Source: Pirellulales bacterium (GTDB lineage: Bacteria; Planctomycetota; Planctomycetia; Pirellulales; PALSA-1355). Taken from it: a stretch of 64,000 nt of DNA. Location: assembly GCA_040877415.1 (NCBI GenBank), contig JBBDNV010000157.1:230-64229 (forward strand), read 5' to 3'. The stretch's first letter is position 1; the number at the start of each line of letters is the position of its first letter. A program made the position numbers and the translations under genes. Below the pieces are notes generated by a model. The model was not told the origin of the DNA, did not search any database, and saw only the letters and a list, made by a program, of their open reading frames with translations. Below, in pieces: positions 48,654 through 57,960 of this stretch.

Positions 48654-50729
48654 ATGGCCGACGCGATTCCCACGCTGCTCGTCTTGATTCCGGCGTTGCC
48701 CCTGGCGGCAACGATCGTTACGGCCGTGTTCGGCCGCAGCGTGCTGCGTGAAAAGAGCCACGTGCCGGTTGTGGTGGCACTCGTTGCCTCGTGCGTCGCC
48801 AGTCTCGTGTTATTGGCCGAAGTGCACGAAAAAGCGGCCGGCGAAACGGCGATGATCGGCTGGGAAGCGACCTACGAATTCTGGAATTGGGCAACGATTG
48901 AGCAGGCGATCAGCACCGCATCGGCCAGTAGCGCCGAACCGGCCGCGGGAACTGCCGCGCTGCCCGCGTCGCTGCCGTTTTCGATCGACGTGACGCTGCG
49001 GGCCGACGCGCTCTCGGCCATCATGCTGGCGATGGTCACGTTCGTCTCCATGCTGGTGGCCATCTACGCCGCCGGCTACATGCGCGGCGACCGCGGATAC
49101 TGGCGGTTCTTCAGCTACATCGGGCTGTTCGTCTTCTCGATGACGATGCTCGTTTCGGTGAGCAACTTCGTCCTGTTGTACGTGTTTTGGGAGGCGGTCG
49201 GCCTGTGCAGCTACCTGTTGATCGGTTTCTGGTATGAAAAGCCGCCAGCGGCGGCGGCCGGCAAAAAGGCGTTCCTGGTCAATCGGGTCGGCGATTTTGG
49301 CTTTGCGCTGGGGTTGTTTTTGATCTGGACCACCTACGGCACGCTCAACTTCCACGATGCCGGCGGCGTGGCCGGCGTGTTGGGGCAAACGCGGCTCGCG
49401 CATCCCGAGTTGTTCGCCGGCGGCGCCGTGGCAACGGCCATTTGTTTGTTGTTAATGTTGGGAGCCTGCGGCAAAAGCGCCCAGTTTCCGCTGCACGTGT
49501 GGCTGCCCGACGCCATGGAAGGGCCCACGCCCGTGAGCGCCCTGATCCATGCCGCCACGATGGTCACGGCCGGGGCCTACATGGTTGCCCGCACGACGCC
49601 GCTATTTGTCGCTTCGCCCGACGCCCAGCGCGTGGTGGCCATTATCGGCGGCACGACGGCCGCGATCGGCGGCGTGATTGCCCTGACGCAAACCGACCTG
49701 AAACGGATCCTGGCCTACTCGACGATCAGCCAGTTGGGGTACATGTTCCTGGGACTCGGCGTGGGAACGCTGGCGGGCATTACCTCCGGCATGTTCCACC
49801 TGTTCACGCACGCGTTTTTCAAGGCCTTGCTGTTTCTGGGGGCCGGCAGCGTGATGCACGCCATGGGAGGCGTGATCGACATTCGCCTCTTCGGCGGTTT
49901 GCGGCGGCGGCTGCCCATCACGCATTGGACGTTTCTGTTCGGCTGCCTGGCGCTGGCCGGCCTGGTGCCGTTCGCCGGCTTCTGGAGCAAGGACGCGATC
50001 ATCGCGGCGGCCTACGACAAGGGACAGCACGAAAGCTTGTTTTTCGCGCTGTATTGGCTGGCGACGATCATTGCTTTCGTAACCGCCTTCTACACGTTTC
50101 GCGCGTTCTTCCTGACGTTTTATGGGCCCGAGCGACTGCCGCACGAAGCGGGCGATCACGTCCACGAGTCGCCGCCGGTGATGACCGTTCCGCTTGTAAT
50201 CCTGGCCTTCTGCTCGTTGGTCGTGGGAGCTTATTTCACCTGGACCGGGAGTTTTGCCAGCTTCCTGGCAGAAACGCCGGCGCTGGCTTATTCACTGGTC
50301 GCGCCCGACGCCGCCCACGCGGGCGATTCGCACGGCCTGGTCAGCACAGTCGGCACCGTGGTGGCCGTCGTCGGCATTGGGCTGGCCGCCTTTTTGTATC
50401 TGGGCGACGATCGGCTGGTGCTCGGCTTGAAGCGGGTGCTGGCGCCGTTGTACCTGTTGTCCTACGGAAAACTGTTTTTCGACCAGATTTACTTGGCCCT
50501 GGTGGTTTGGCCGCTCGAGATGCTCGCGCGGCTCAGCTTTTGGGTCGATCGCCGAATCGTCGACGGCCTGGTGAATTTCGTAGGGCGCATTCCGCCGGCG
50601 GTGGCCGGCGGATTGCGGCCGCTGGGGAACGGTCTGGTGCAGTTCTACGCGCTGGCCATGTTGTGGGGCGTCGTGGTGTTGGTCCTGACGCTTTTGATCT
50701 GGCCGGCCCTGGCCGCCGTGCTTAGGTGA
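48654..50729 (+). CDS. nuoL: NADH-quinone oxidoreductase subunit L
   Basis: WEAVGLCSYLLIGFW, NRVGD, GKSAQFPLHVWLPDAMEGPTPVSALIHAATMV and LAYSTISQLGYM. Confidence 0.97.
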   Translation: MADAIPTLLVLIPALPLAATIVTAVFGRSVLREKSHVPVVVALVASCVASLVLLAEVHEKAAGETAMIGWEATYEFWNWATIEQAISTASASSAEPAAGTAALPASLPFSIDVTLRADALSAIMLAMVTFVSMLVAIYAAGYMRGDRGYWRFFSYIGLFVFSMTMLVSVSNFVLLYVFWEAVGLCSYLLIGFWYEKPPAAAAGKKAFLVNRVGDFGFALGLFLIWTTYGTLNFHDAGGVAGVLGQTRLAHPELFAGGAVATAICLLLMLGACGKSAQFPLHVWLPDAMEGPTPVSALIHAATMVTAGAYMVARTTPLFVASPDAQRVVAIIGGTTAAIGGVIALTQTDLKRILAYSTISQLGYMFLGLGVGTLAGITSGMFHLFTHAFFKALLFLGAGSVMHAMGGVIDIRLFGGLRRRLPITHWTFLFGCLALAGLVPFAGFWSKDAIIAAAYDKGQHESLFFALYWLATIIAFVTAFYTFRAFFLTFYGPERLPHEAGDHVHESPPVMTVPLVILAFCSLVVGAYFTWTGSFASFLAETPALAYSLVAPDAAHAGDSHGLVSTVGTVVAVVGIGLAAFLYLGDDRLVLGLKRVLAPLYLLSYGKLFFDQIYLALVVWPLEMLARLSFWVDRRIVDGLVNFVGRIPPAVAGGLRPLGNGLVQFYALAMLWGVVVLVLTLLIWPALAAVLR

Positions 50730-50745
50730 TCGGAGTTGTTTCAAC

Positions 50746-52389
50746 GTGGACTCGATGTCGACCATCCTGCTGTTAACGATCTTTCTGCCGGCCACGGGCG
50801 CGCTGGTCGTCTGCGTGCTGGCGGGCCGAGGGCAAATCGCGGTGCGGCAAAGCGCGCTCGTGACCGCGATCTTGACGCTCATTTTTGCGGGCGTGCTGGT
50901 GTGGAACTACGAGCCACTGGCGGAGCCGTTCGCGGCTTCGAGCCTGCCGTGGCTTGGCCCGTCGTCGGCCATCGACATTCAATTCAGCGTGGGGCTCGAC
51001 GGATTGAGCCTGTGGCTGTTTGCGCTCAGCGCGCTTTTGCTGCTCACCTGCGTGCTGGTTAGCTGGGAGTCGATCGTCGACCGCCCGGCCGTGTTTTACA
51101 GCCTGCTACTGCTGTTGGCCAGCGGCATGCTCGGCGTGTTCGCGGCCCGGGACATTATCCTGTTTTACATCTTCTTCGAGTTCACGCTGATTCCGCTGTT
51201 TTTCCTGGTGGGCGTGTGGGGCTACGAAGAGCGCCGCTATGCCGCCGCGAAATTCTTTCTGTACACGCTGGCCGGCAGCCTGCTGACGTTCCTGGGCCTG
51301 CTGGCGATCGTGCTTTGGGACTACTATCACTCCGGCACCGGCGTGATGTCGTTTTCGATTCCCGATTTGACCGAAGGCCTGGCCGAGCACCCGATTCGTG
51401 CGCCGTACCAGTTGTGGATCTTTCTGGCCCTGTTTGCCGGATTCGCCATCAAGGTGCCGCTGTTTCCGCTGCACACCTGGCTGCCGCTCGCGCACACGCA
51501 AGCCCCGACGGCCGGCAGCGTCATCCTGGCCGGCATCCTGCTGAAGATCGGCACCTACGGCTTTGCGCGGTTCAGCATTCCGATGCTGCCCGACGCCACC
51601 GCCGCGTGCGTCCCCTGGATCCTGGGATTGTCGGCCGTGGGCATCATCTACGGAGCGCTCGTGGCGCTCGCGCAAAGCGACATGAAGCGGCTCGTCGCCT
51701 ATTCGAGCGTCAGCCACCTGGGCTTTTGCATGTTGGGGCTGTTTGCCCTGACCAGTCTGGGCGTCCAAGGGGGCGTGCTGCAAATGATCAACCACGGGCT
51801 GTCCACCGGCGGGCTGTTCGCCGTCGTGGGCATGATCTACGAGCGCTATCACACCCGCCACATTTGCGAGCTGGGCGGGCTGTCGCGGCGCACGCCGATT
51901 CTGGCGTTTTTTTTCGTGCTGCTCGCGCTCTCGAGCATCGGCCTGCCCGGGCTGAACGGATTCGCCGGCGAGTTTCTGCTGCTGGCCGGCATGTTCCAGC
52001 GGGCCTGGACCGCGGCGCCGGCTTCGTTGGAGTTGTTCTATAAGGTAATCTCCGTGTTGGCCGTGTTCGGCGTCGTGCTGGGCGCCTGGTACATGCTGTA
52101 TCTTGTGCAGCGGGTGTTTTTCGGCCCCTTGAAGGAGCCTGCCCACGACCACTCGCGGCCGCCGGTGCGCGATCTGTCGCTGCGTGAAATTGCGGCCTTG
52201 GCGCCGCTTGTCGTCTTTGTGTTCTGGATCGGCTTGCAGCCGGAGTTCTTTCTGAGCCGGATGCAGCCGACGCTCGAGCCGATGACCGGTCGTGCTTTGC
52301 AGGCGCTCGAGCACAACGGCGGGCGGCGCCGCCCGGCGCTGGCCCGGCAATCGGACGAACCCCAGGGGGAGTCGTCGCGTGTCGAATGA
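50746..52389 (+). CDS. nuoM: NADH-quinone oxidoreductase subunit M
   Basis: FYIFFEFTLIP, IKVPLFPLHTWLPLAH, LKIGTYG and GLPGLNGFAGEF. Confidence 0.96.
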   Translation: MDSMSTILLLTIFLPATGALVVCVLAGRGQIAVRQSALVTAILTLIFAGVLVWNYEPLAEPFAASSLPWLGPSSAIDIQFSVGLDGLSLWLFALSALLLLTCVLVSWESIVDRPAVFYSLLLLLASGMLGVFAARDIILFYIFFEFTLIPLFFLVGVWGYEERRYAAAKFFLYTLAGSLLTFLGLLAIVLWDYYHSGTGVMSFSIPDLTEGLAEHPIRAPYQLWIFLALFAGFAIKVPLFPLHTWLPLAHTQAPTAGSVILAGILLKIGTYGFARFSIPMLPDATAACVPWILGLSAVGIIYGALVALAQSDMKRLVAYSSVSHLGFCMLGLFALTSLGVQGGVLQMINHGLSTGGLFAVVGMIYERYHTRHICELGGLSRRTPILAFFFVLLALSSIGLPGLNGFAGEFLLLAGMFQRAWTAAPASLELFYKVISVLAVFGVVLGAWYMLYLVQRVFFGPLKEPAHDHSRPPVRDLSLREIAALAPLVVFVFWIGLQPEFFLSRMQPTLEPMTGRALQALEHNGGRRRPALARQSDEPQGESSRVE

Positions 52390-54028
52390 GACCATTTACC
52401 TGCTCGCGCCGGAAATCATTCTGGTCCTGTTCGGTACGCTTTTGTACCTGGGGGGCGCGTTTTTGCCTTCCCGGCCCGGTTGGAGCTGGCTGGCCGCCGC
52501 GGCGATTGTATTGGCCGGCGTGGCCCTGTATCAGCAGGCAGTAACGCCCGCCGCCCGCGAGGCGCTTGGGCACGGAAACGCCAGCGGCCCGATTGTGATC
52601 GATCTGTTTTCCGCGACATTGCGGTACGCCATTTTGGGCGCGGGGCTGATCTTCGTCATGATGGCTTCCCGCCGCTCGCACGAGGTCGAAGCCTCGGAGT
52701 TCATGGGCTCGCTCTTGATGATCCTGGCCGGGCTCATGCTCGTGGCGATGGCCACCGATCTGGTGCTCATTTTTGTCGGCCTCGAGCTGATCTCGATTCC
52801 CACCTACGTGATCCTGTATCTGGGGCGCGGCGGCAACCTGTTGGAGTCGGGCACGAAGTATTTCTTCTTAAGCGTGCTGGCCAGCGCCCTGTTGCTCTAC
52901 GGGTTCAGCTTTCTGTACGGCGCGGCCGGATCGACCGGCCTGTGGGAGATCCAGCAAGCGCTGGCCGCGCCCCCGCCCGAGACGAACGGGATGGGCGCGT
53001 TCGCGGAGTTGGCATTGATCCTCATATTCGCGGGCTTGGCGTTCCGGCTCACGGCGGTGCCGTTTCACTTTTACGCTCCCGACGTCTACCAGGGCACAAC
53101 CAACCCCAACGCCGGCCTGTTGGCCGTGGTGCCCAAGATCGCCGCGGTGGCCGTGCTGGTGCGGATTGCGTACGTGGCCATGCCCGGCTTGGAGCGGCTG
53201 GGCTGGCAGCTTTCATTGGCGTTGGCCATGGTCACGATGACCCTGGGGAACTTGCTGGCGTTGTGGCAGGCCAACGTGCGCCGGCTGATGGCTTACTCTT
53301 CGATTGCGCATGCCGGATACATGCTCATCGGGCTAGCCGTGGGGTTTGCCGTGGCCGGCGGGGCGACCGAAGCCGACAACTTCGACGGCGTCGGCGCGAT
53401 GCTGTTCTACTTGTTGGTGTATGCAGCGGCGACCGCCGGCACGTTTGCCGCGATCTCGTACCTGTCGAGCGAGCGGCGGCCCATCGATACGGTCGAACAG
53501 TTGGCCGGCTTGAGCGGCAGCTATCCGAAAACGGCGGCCGCGTTGGCGGTGTTCATGTTTTCGCTCACGGGATTGCCGCCGCTGGCCGGCTTCTGGGGTA
53601 AGTTGACGTTGTTTACCGGCGCGTTGGCCGTCGATGCCAAGGATCCCGACGCGAGCGGACTGTGGCCCTGGTTTCTGGCTTTGGCCGTCACGGGCGCGCT
53701 CAACGCGGCGATCTCAGCGGGATACTATTTGCGGATCGTCGGTGTCATGTACTTCCAAGCGCCCTCGGAGGTGCCCGATGCGCGCGGCGGCAGCGGACCC
53801 GCCTGGGCCACCGCCGTGTGTGCCGCATTGGTTGTGGGGATCGGCTGCTATCCGGGCCCGGTGGTGGAACAGGCGCAACGGGCCAGCCGGGCCACTCGCG
53901 AGCCGCCGGCCGAGCCGCCGGCGCGACCCATCGACGCTGCCGCCAAAGGTCCCCATCGCTCCATTGTGAGCGCCCCTCCGATCGCCGTCTCGAGTCCGGA
54001 AGCGGCGACGGACTTCGGGGGCCGATAG
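52379..54028 (+). CDS. nuoN: NADH-quinone oxidoreductase subunit N
   Basis: GLELISIP, ESGTKYF, VPFHFYAPDVYQG, AYSSIAHAGY and GLPPLAGFWGK. GTG start overlaps the nuoM end. Confidence 0.95.
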   Translation: MSNETIYLLAPEIILVLFGTLLYLGGAFLPSRPGWSWLAAAAIVLAGVALYQQAVTPAAREALGHGNASGPIVIDLFSATLRYAILGAGLIFVMMASRRSHEVEASEFMGSLLMILAGLMLVAMATDLVLIFVGLELISIPTYVILYLGRGGNLLESGTKYFFLSVLASALLLYGFSFLYGAAGSTGLWEIQQALAAPPPETNGMGAFAELALILIFAGLAFRLTAVPFHFYAPDVYQGTTNPNAGLLAVVPKIAAVAVLVRIAYVAMPGLERLGWQLSLALAMVTMTLGNLLALWQANVRRLMAYSSIAHAGYMLIGLAVGFAVAGGATEADNFDGVGAMLFYLLVYAAATAGTFAAISYLSSERRPIDTVEQLAGLSGSYPKTAAALAVFMFSLTGLPPLAGFWGKLTLFTGALAVDAKDPDASGLWPWFLALAVTGALNAAISAGYYLRIVGVMYFQAPSEVPDARGGSGPAWATAVCAALVVGIGCYPGPVVEQAQRASRATREPPAEPPARPIDAAAKGPHRSIVSAPPIAVSSPEAATDFGGR

Positions 54029-54162
54029 CAAAGTCCGGCTCGGCGGCGCTTGCCCCTCGGATGGCTGCGCCGGTAGTTGCCGTATTTTTGCCTCTCTTTG
54101 TGGAGGTTTGCGCCGCGGCAGACTATGCTGAAGGTTGGGCAGGGTCGCCACAGAGAAGCTGC

Positions 54163-55545
54163 ATGTCTCGATCTCACACGACCGCGACCGATCTGGCCAG
54201 ATTATTGGACGACGGCGCGGCACCCCTCTACGTTCTCGACGAAGATCGGCGCATTATCTATTGCAACGCCGCCTGCGCTCTCTGGGTGGGGTTGGCGGCC
54301 GACGAGCTCGTCGGTCATCAGTGCAACTACCACGCGCCCGGCGCGGAGCCGGGACCCTCCGGGGTGGCCGTCGGATTGTGCCCGCCGCCGGCGGTTTTCT
54401 CGGGCCACGCGCAAATGGCGGTTGTGAGTTGCGCGCGGCCGGATGGCCGGCTGGTGGATCGGCGAGGTTTTTTTCTGCCGCTGGCCGACGGGCAGGATGA
54501 AAGCGCGCCGGTGATTGCAATTCTGGAGACGAGCGACTGCCCCCCAGACGCGCACCCCGATGAGCGGCCCGACGATGCGCGGCTGCACGAGCAAGTGCGG
54601 CGCTTCCGCCACCAGACGGCGGGGCGATTCGCGGCCGAAAGCCTGATCGGAAACAACCCGCTTGTGGCGCGGGCCCGCTTGCAGATCGAGCTGGCCGCCG
54701 GCAGCGGCGCTTCCGTGCTGATCGTCGGTCCGCGCGGAAGTGGCAAGGATCATGCGGCCAAGGCGATCCACTATTGTCAGAGTGAGCCGGGACTGCTGGT
54801 GCCCCTGGATTGCGCCGTGTTGGAAACGAACGTGCTGCGTTCCGCTCTGCGGACCCTTTGCGCCCGCAGCGCGACTCGACCGCCGGGCGGCACGGTCGTT
54901 TTGGAAGACGTCGATAGCATGCCCGGCGACGCCCAGCAGGACATGGCTGAAATCCTGCGCGCAGGCACGCTCAACATGCGCGTCATCGCCACCAGTGCCG
55001 CGCCGCTGTCCGTGCTGGCGGCGGAAGGCCGTTTTTTGCACGAGCTTGTGTGTGCCCTGAGCACGCTAGTGATCGAGCTGCCGCCCTTGGCCCAGCGGCT
55101 GGACGACCTGCCGCTATTGGCGCAGGCCATCCTGGAAGAGATCAATGCCACCAGTTACCGGCAGCTAAGCGGCTTTACGCCCCAGGCCCTGGACCAGTTG
55201 GCGGCGTACTCCTGGCCGGGAAATATTGACGAGCTGGCCGCCGCCGTCCGCGAAACGCACGAAAAAGCCCAGGGGTGCGAAGTCACGGCGCACGACTTGC
55301 CCAAGCGGATTCATTGGGCCGCCGCCGACGCCGGACATCCCTCGCGCGCCGACGATTCGATCGTGCTCGTCGACTTTCTTGGCCGCGTCGAAAAAGAACT
55401 GATCGCACGTGCCATGCGGCGCGCGAAAGGCAACAAAAGCAAGGCGGCAAAACTGCTCGGGCTGACGCGGCCGCGATTGTATCGCCGGCTGGTGCAGCTC
55501 GGGTTGGAACAGCCCGACCAACGCGGCGCCGAGCCGAAAAACTGA
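54163..55545 (+). CDS. PAS + degenerate sigma54-type AAA+ + Fis-HTH transcriptional regulator
   Basis: PAS-like N-terminus, GPRGSGKD, YSWPGNIDEL and GNKSKAAKLLGLTRPRLYRRL. No GAFTGA loop. Confidence 0.82.
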   Translation: MSRSHTTATDLARLLDDGAAPLYVLDEDRRIIYCNAACALWVGLAADELVGHQCNYHAPGAEPGPSGVAVGLCPPPAVFSGHAQMAVVSCARPDGRLVDRRGFFLPLADGQDESAPVIAILETSDCPPDAHPDERPDDARLHEQVRRFRHQTAGRFAAESLIGNNPLVARARLQIELAAGSGASVLIVGPRGSGKDHAAKAIHYCQSEPGLLVPLDCAVLETNVLRSALRTLCARSATRPPGGTVVLEDVDSMPGDAQQDMAEILRAGTLNMRVIATSAAPLSVLAAEGRFLHELVCALSTLVIELPPLAQRLDDLPLLAQAILEEINATSYRQLSGFTPQALDQLAAYSWPGNIDELAAAVRETHEKAQGCEVTAHDLPKRIHWAAADAGHPSRADDSIVLVDFLGRVEKELIARAMRRAKGNKSKAAKLLGLTRPRLYRRLVQLGLEQPDQRGAEPKN

Positions 55546-55578
55546 AACCCATCAAATGCCGCGCCGCGGCGCGGGTGA

Positions 55579-55607
55579 TTGTCAACAAGCGGCGCCGCAC
55601 CTACCAT
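55579..55607 (+). promoter_or_regulatory. Candidate sigma70 promoter
   Basis: TTGTCA-N17-TACCAT, about 30 bp before the next ATG. Confidence 0.45.
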
Positions 55608-55639
55608 GAAACGGGAAACGAGTTGAATCGTCAGGCGCC

Positions 55640-56080
55640 ATGGCCAACAAACCGTCGGTAATCGTTTGCGAGCGGAGGGGCATTTGGGCCGCCGGATTGC
55701 GGCGCCATTTGCCGCGCGAGATCCGCGTGTGCGAGACGCGCTTGCTGGCCGACTGCCGGCGTGAATTGGCCGGCGCGCCGCCAAGCCTGGTGGTCGTCGA
55801 GCTCTCGGAGTCCAACCTGGCCGCCGCGCTCGATCTGGTGGCCGACGCGGTCCGCCGCTTTCCCTTGGCCCGCGTCGTGGCCGTGGCCGAGCGGGGGTGG
55901 GAACCGTATGAATGGCTGCTGCGCGAAGCAGGGGCCATCCATTTCACCACACAGCCGCGCAAGGCCGACACGTTGGCCCGGCTGGCCGTTCGCCACGTCG
56001 CCCGCGTTCCGCTGCCGCGCACCACGCTCGTGGCCGAAATCTGGGACTCGTTGCCCTGGCACGATACGGCCGTCAGCTAG
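55640..56080 (+). CDS. Hypothetical protein, receiver-domain-like (atypical)
   Basis: Alternating beta/alpha pattern VIVCE...LVVVEL...VVAVAE...EAGA; no canonical phospho-Asp. Confidence 0.6.
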   Translation: MANKPSVIVCERRGIWAAGLRRHLPREIRVCETRLLADCRRELAGAPPSLVVVELSESNLAAALDLVADAVRRFPLARVVAVAERGWEPYEWLLREAGAIHFTTQPRKADTLARLAVRHVARVPLPRTTLVAEIWDSLPWHDTAVS

Positions 56081-56216
56081 AAAAAGGCCCGCTCGGCTGC
56101 CGGCCGACCGGGCCGACGCTCGATCTCGTTCGTTGGACAAGGGATACTGGCCAAGGCGGGCGCTGGCCCGCGATTGTCCGGTCGAGAAGACACCCTTGAG
56201 ATAAGGACCCGACTCC

Positions 56217-57293
56217 ATGGCCGAGGGACTAATTGACGCCGCCGCCGTGACGGCCGCTTTGAGCGGTTTTTCTGATCCCGAAACAGGTCAAAACGTCGTC
56301 GAAGCCGGGCAACTGCGCGACGTCAAGGTCGACGCAGGCCATGTTTCGCTGACCTTGGGCCTGTCGACCCATTCGGCCATCCTCCGTGACGAGACCGCCG
56401 AAGGACTGCGCCAATTCCTGCGCGAGCGGTTGCCGGCCGCCAAGGACGTGACCGTCAACCTGACCCAGCACAAGCGTCCGCCCGAAAAGATCGGGCAGAT
56501 CGGACTGGCGGCCAAGAGCGTCGTGGCGGTCGGATCCGGTAAGGGCGGCGTCGGCAAAAGCACCATCGCGGCCAGCCTGGCACTGGGGCTCAGGCGCGCC
56601 GGCAGTCAAGTCGGACTCATGGACGCCGACGTCTATGGTCCCAGCATTCCGCATCTGTTGGGTGTAAATCAAAGGCCCGAAGTGGTCGATAATCGCATCC
56701 AGCCGATCGAGGTTGCCGGCATAAAGCTGATCTCGATGGGCCTGTTGGTGCCGCCGGGCGAGGCGGTCGTGTGGCGCGGGCCGATGCTGCACGGGGCGAT
56801 CACCCAGTTCTTGCGCGACACGGCCTGGGGCGACTTGGATTTCTTGATTATCGATTTGCCCCCGGGCACGGGCGACATCGCCTTGACCCTTTCGCAGCTT
56901 TTGCCCCTATCGGGCGCGGTCGTGGTTTGCACGCCGCAGGAAGTGGCGCTGTTGGACGCGGTCAAGGCCGCGGCCATGTTCCGCAAGGTGAATATCCCGA
57001 TCCTGGGCATGGTCGAGAACATGAGCGGCTTTGTGTGTCCCGATTGCGGTAAGCGCTACGACATCTTCGGCTCGGGAGGCGCCAAGGCGCGTGCCGGCGA
57101 GCTGGGCATTCCGTTCTTGGGTGAAGTGCCGATCAACATGGGCATTCGCACCAGCGGCGACGAAGGGCGCACGGCGGCCATTTTGGACGATCCGGCGGCC
57201 GGCGCCTATTTGCTCACGATTTGCAAGAATGTAGTGCGCAATTTATCGCAGGCCAAGGCCCAAGTGGCCCCCTTGCCCACGCTGTCCCTCTGA
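56217..57293 (+). CDS. apbC: Mrp/NBP35 (ApbC) Fe-S cluster carrier ATPase
   Basis: N-terminal DUF59-like domain (DPE), GSGKGGVGKST, DADVYGPSIP, WRGPM, DLPPGTGD and ENMSGFVCPDC. Confidence 0.93.
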   Translation: MAEGLIDAAAVTAALSGFSDPETGQNVVEAGQLRDVKVDAGHVSLTLGLSTHSAILRDETAEGLRQFLRERLPAAKDVTVNLTQHKRPPEKIGQIGLAAKSVVAVGSGKGGVGKSTIAASLALGLRRAGSQVGLMDADVYGPSIPHLLGVNQRPEVVDNRIQPIEVAGIKLISMGLLVPPGEAVVWRGPMLHGAITQFLRDTAWGDLDFLIIDLPPGTGDIALTLSQLLPLSGAVVVCTPQEVALLDAVKAAAMFRKVNIPILGMVENMSGFVCPDCGKRYDIFGSGGAKARAGELGIPFLGEVPINMGIRTSGDEGRTAAILDDPAAGAYLLTICKNVVRNLSQAKAQVAPLPTLSL

Positions 57294-57296
57294 GCG

Positions 57297-57320
57297 CAAA
57301 AGCCCTTCACTGAAGGGTTT
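57297..57320. terminator. Probable bidirectional terminator
   Basis: AAAAGCCCTTC-ACT-GAAGGGTTT, right after the apbC stop. Confidence 0.5.
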
Positions 57321-57462
57321 AGGGACGGCCGGCGAGCGATCGCGTGAGCGCAACGACAGAGCCGCCCGCACCCCACCGGATCCGGACGGCTCTTTCTCGT
57401 TGGGTTCCCTACCGCTTACTGATCGAGCGGTCTGCGGCGACAAGCGCGCCGCGCGAAGAAGC

Positions 57463-57528
57463 CTACTTCTTCTTTTTGGCCTTCTTCTTGGGAGCCTTCT
57501 TGGCGGCTTTCTTTCGTCTCTTGGCCAC
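57463..57528 (-). CDS. 21-aa Lys/Ala-rich basic micro-protein (not in the ORF track)
   Basis: GGAGG-N7-GTG, then MAKRRKKAAKKAPKKKAKKKK*; 14 of 21 residues are K/R. Confidence 0.7.
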   Translation of the reverse strand: MAKRRKKAAKKAPKKKAKKKK

Positions 57529-57960
57529 AGTCCGTCCTCCAAAAAAAGTGTCGGCAAGATCCGTCTCGGTGACGTCCAAGTCACATGTGTGCTCCGAGCG
57601 AGTCCTACCCGAAACAAAACTAAAGTTTCTTCGCGCGAACGTTATTCTGTCGCGCGAAGAAAACTTTTACACGCCTAATTCAGGAAAGAACTAACTACCA
57701 TTTGTACACGATTTGCAAAATAGTGCAACCTGAAACTTGCCTTCCGAGGAAAATATTTTACCCGCTTCCCCCAGCCGTCCTTTGGCTTCCTCGGCGCGCC
57801 CGCGACGCCGCGCGCCGAGTTAGTGCGCATCATGACGCCGTCGATGACGATTCGATCCGCGCGATTTGAACCTGAGGCGGCGCCGCGCTCTGGGGGCGCG
57901 GGGGCGCTGATAGATCGCCACCGTCGTACCGTCGATCAGGACGTTCAGCGAGCAACGTTT

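Noticed and set aside
53662-54162. Long N-terminal extensions in the ORF track (also 13011, 22930, 35642, 40328, 59298, 61169)
   Set aside because: They overlap neighbouring genes or promoters; downstream starts fit the RBS and domain boundaries better.
57300-57700. tmRNA or tRNA explanation for the structured locus with a short ORF
   Set aside because: No tRNA-like acceptor or T-arm. The ORF has its own RBS and start and does not end in an Ala-rich degradation tag.
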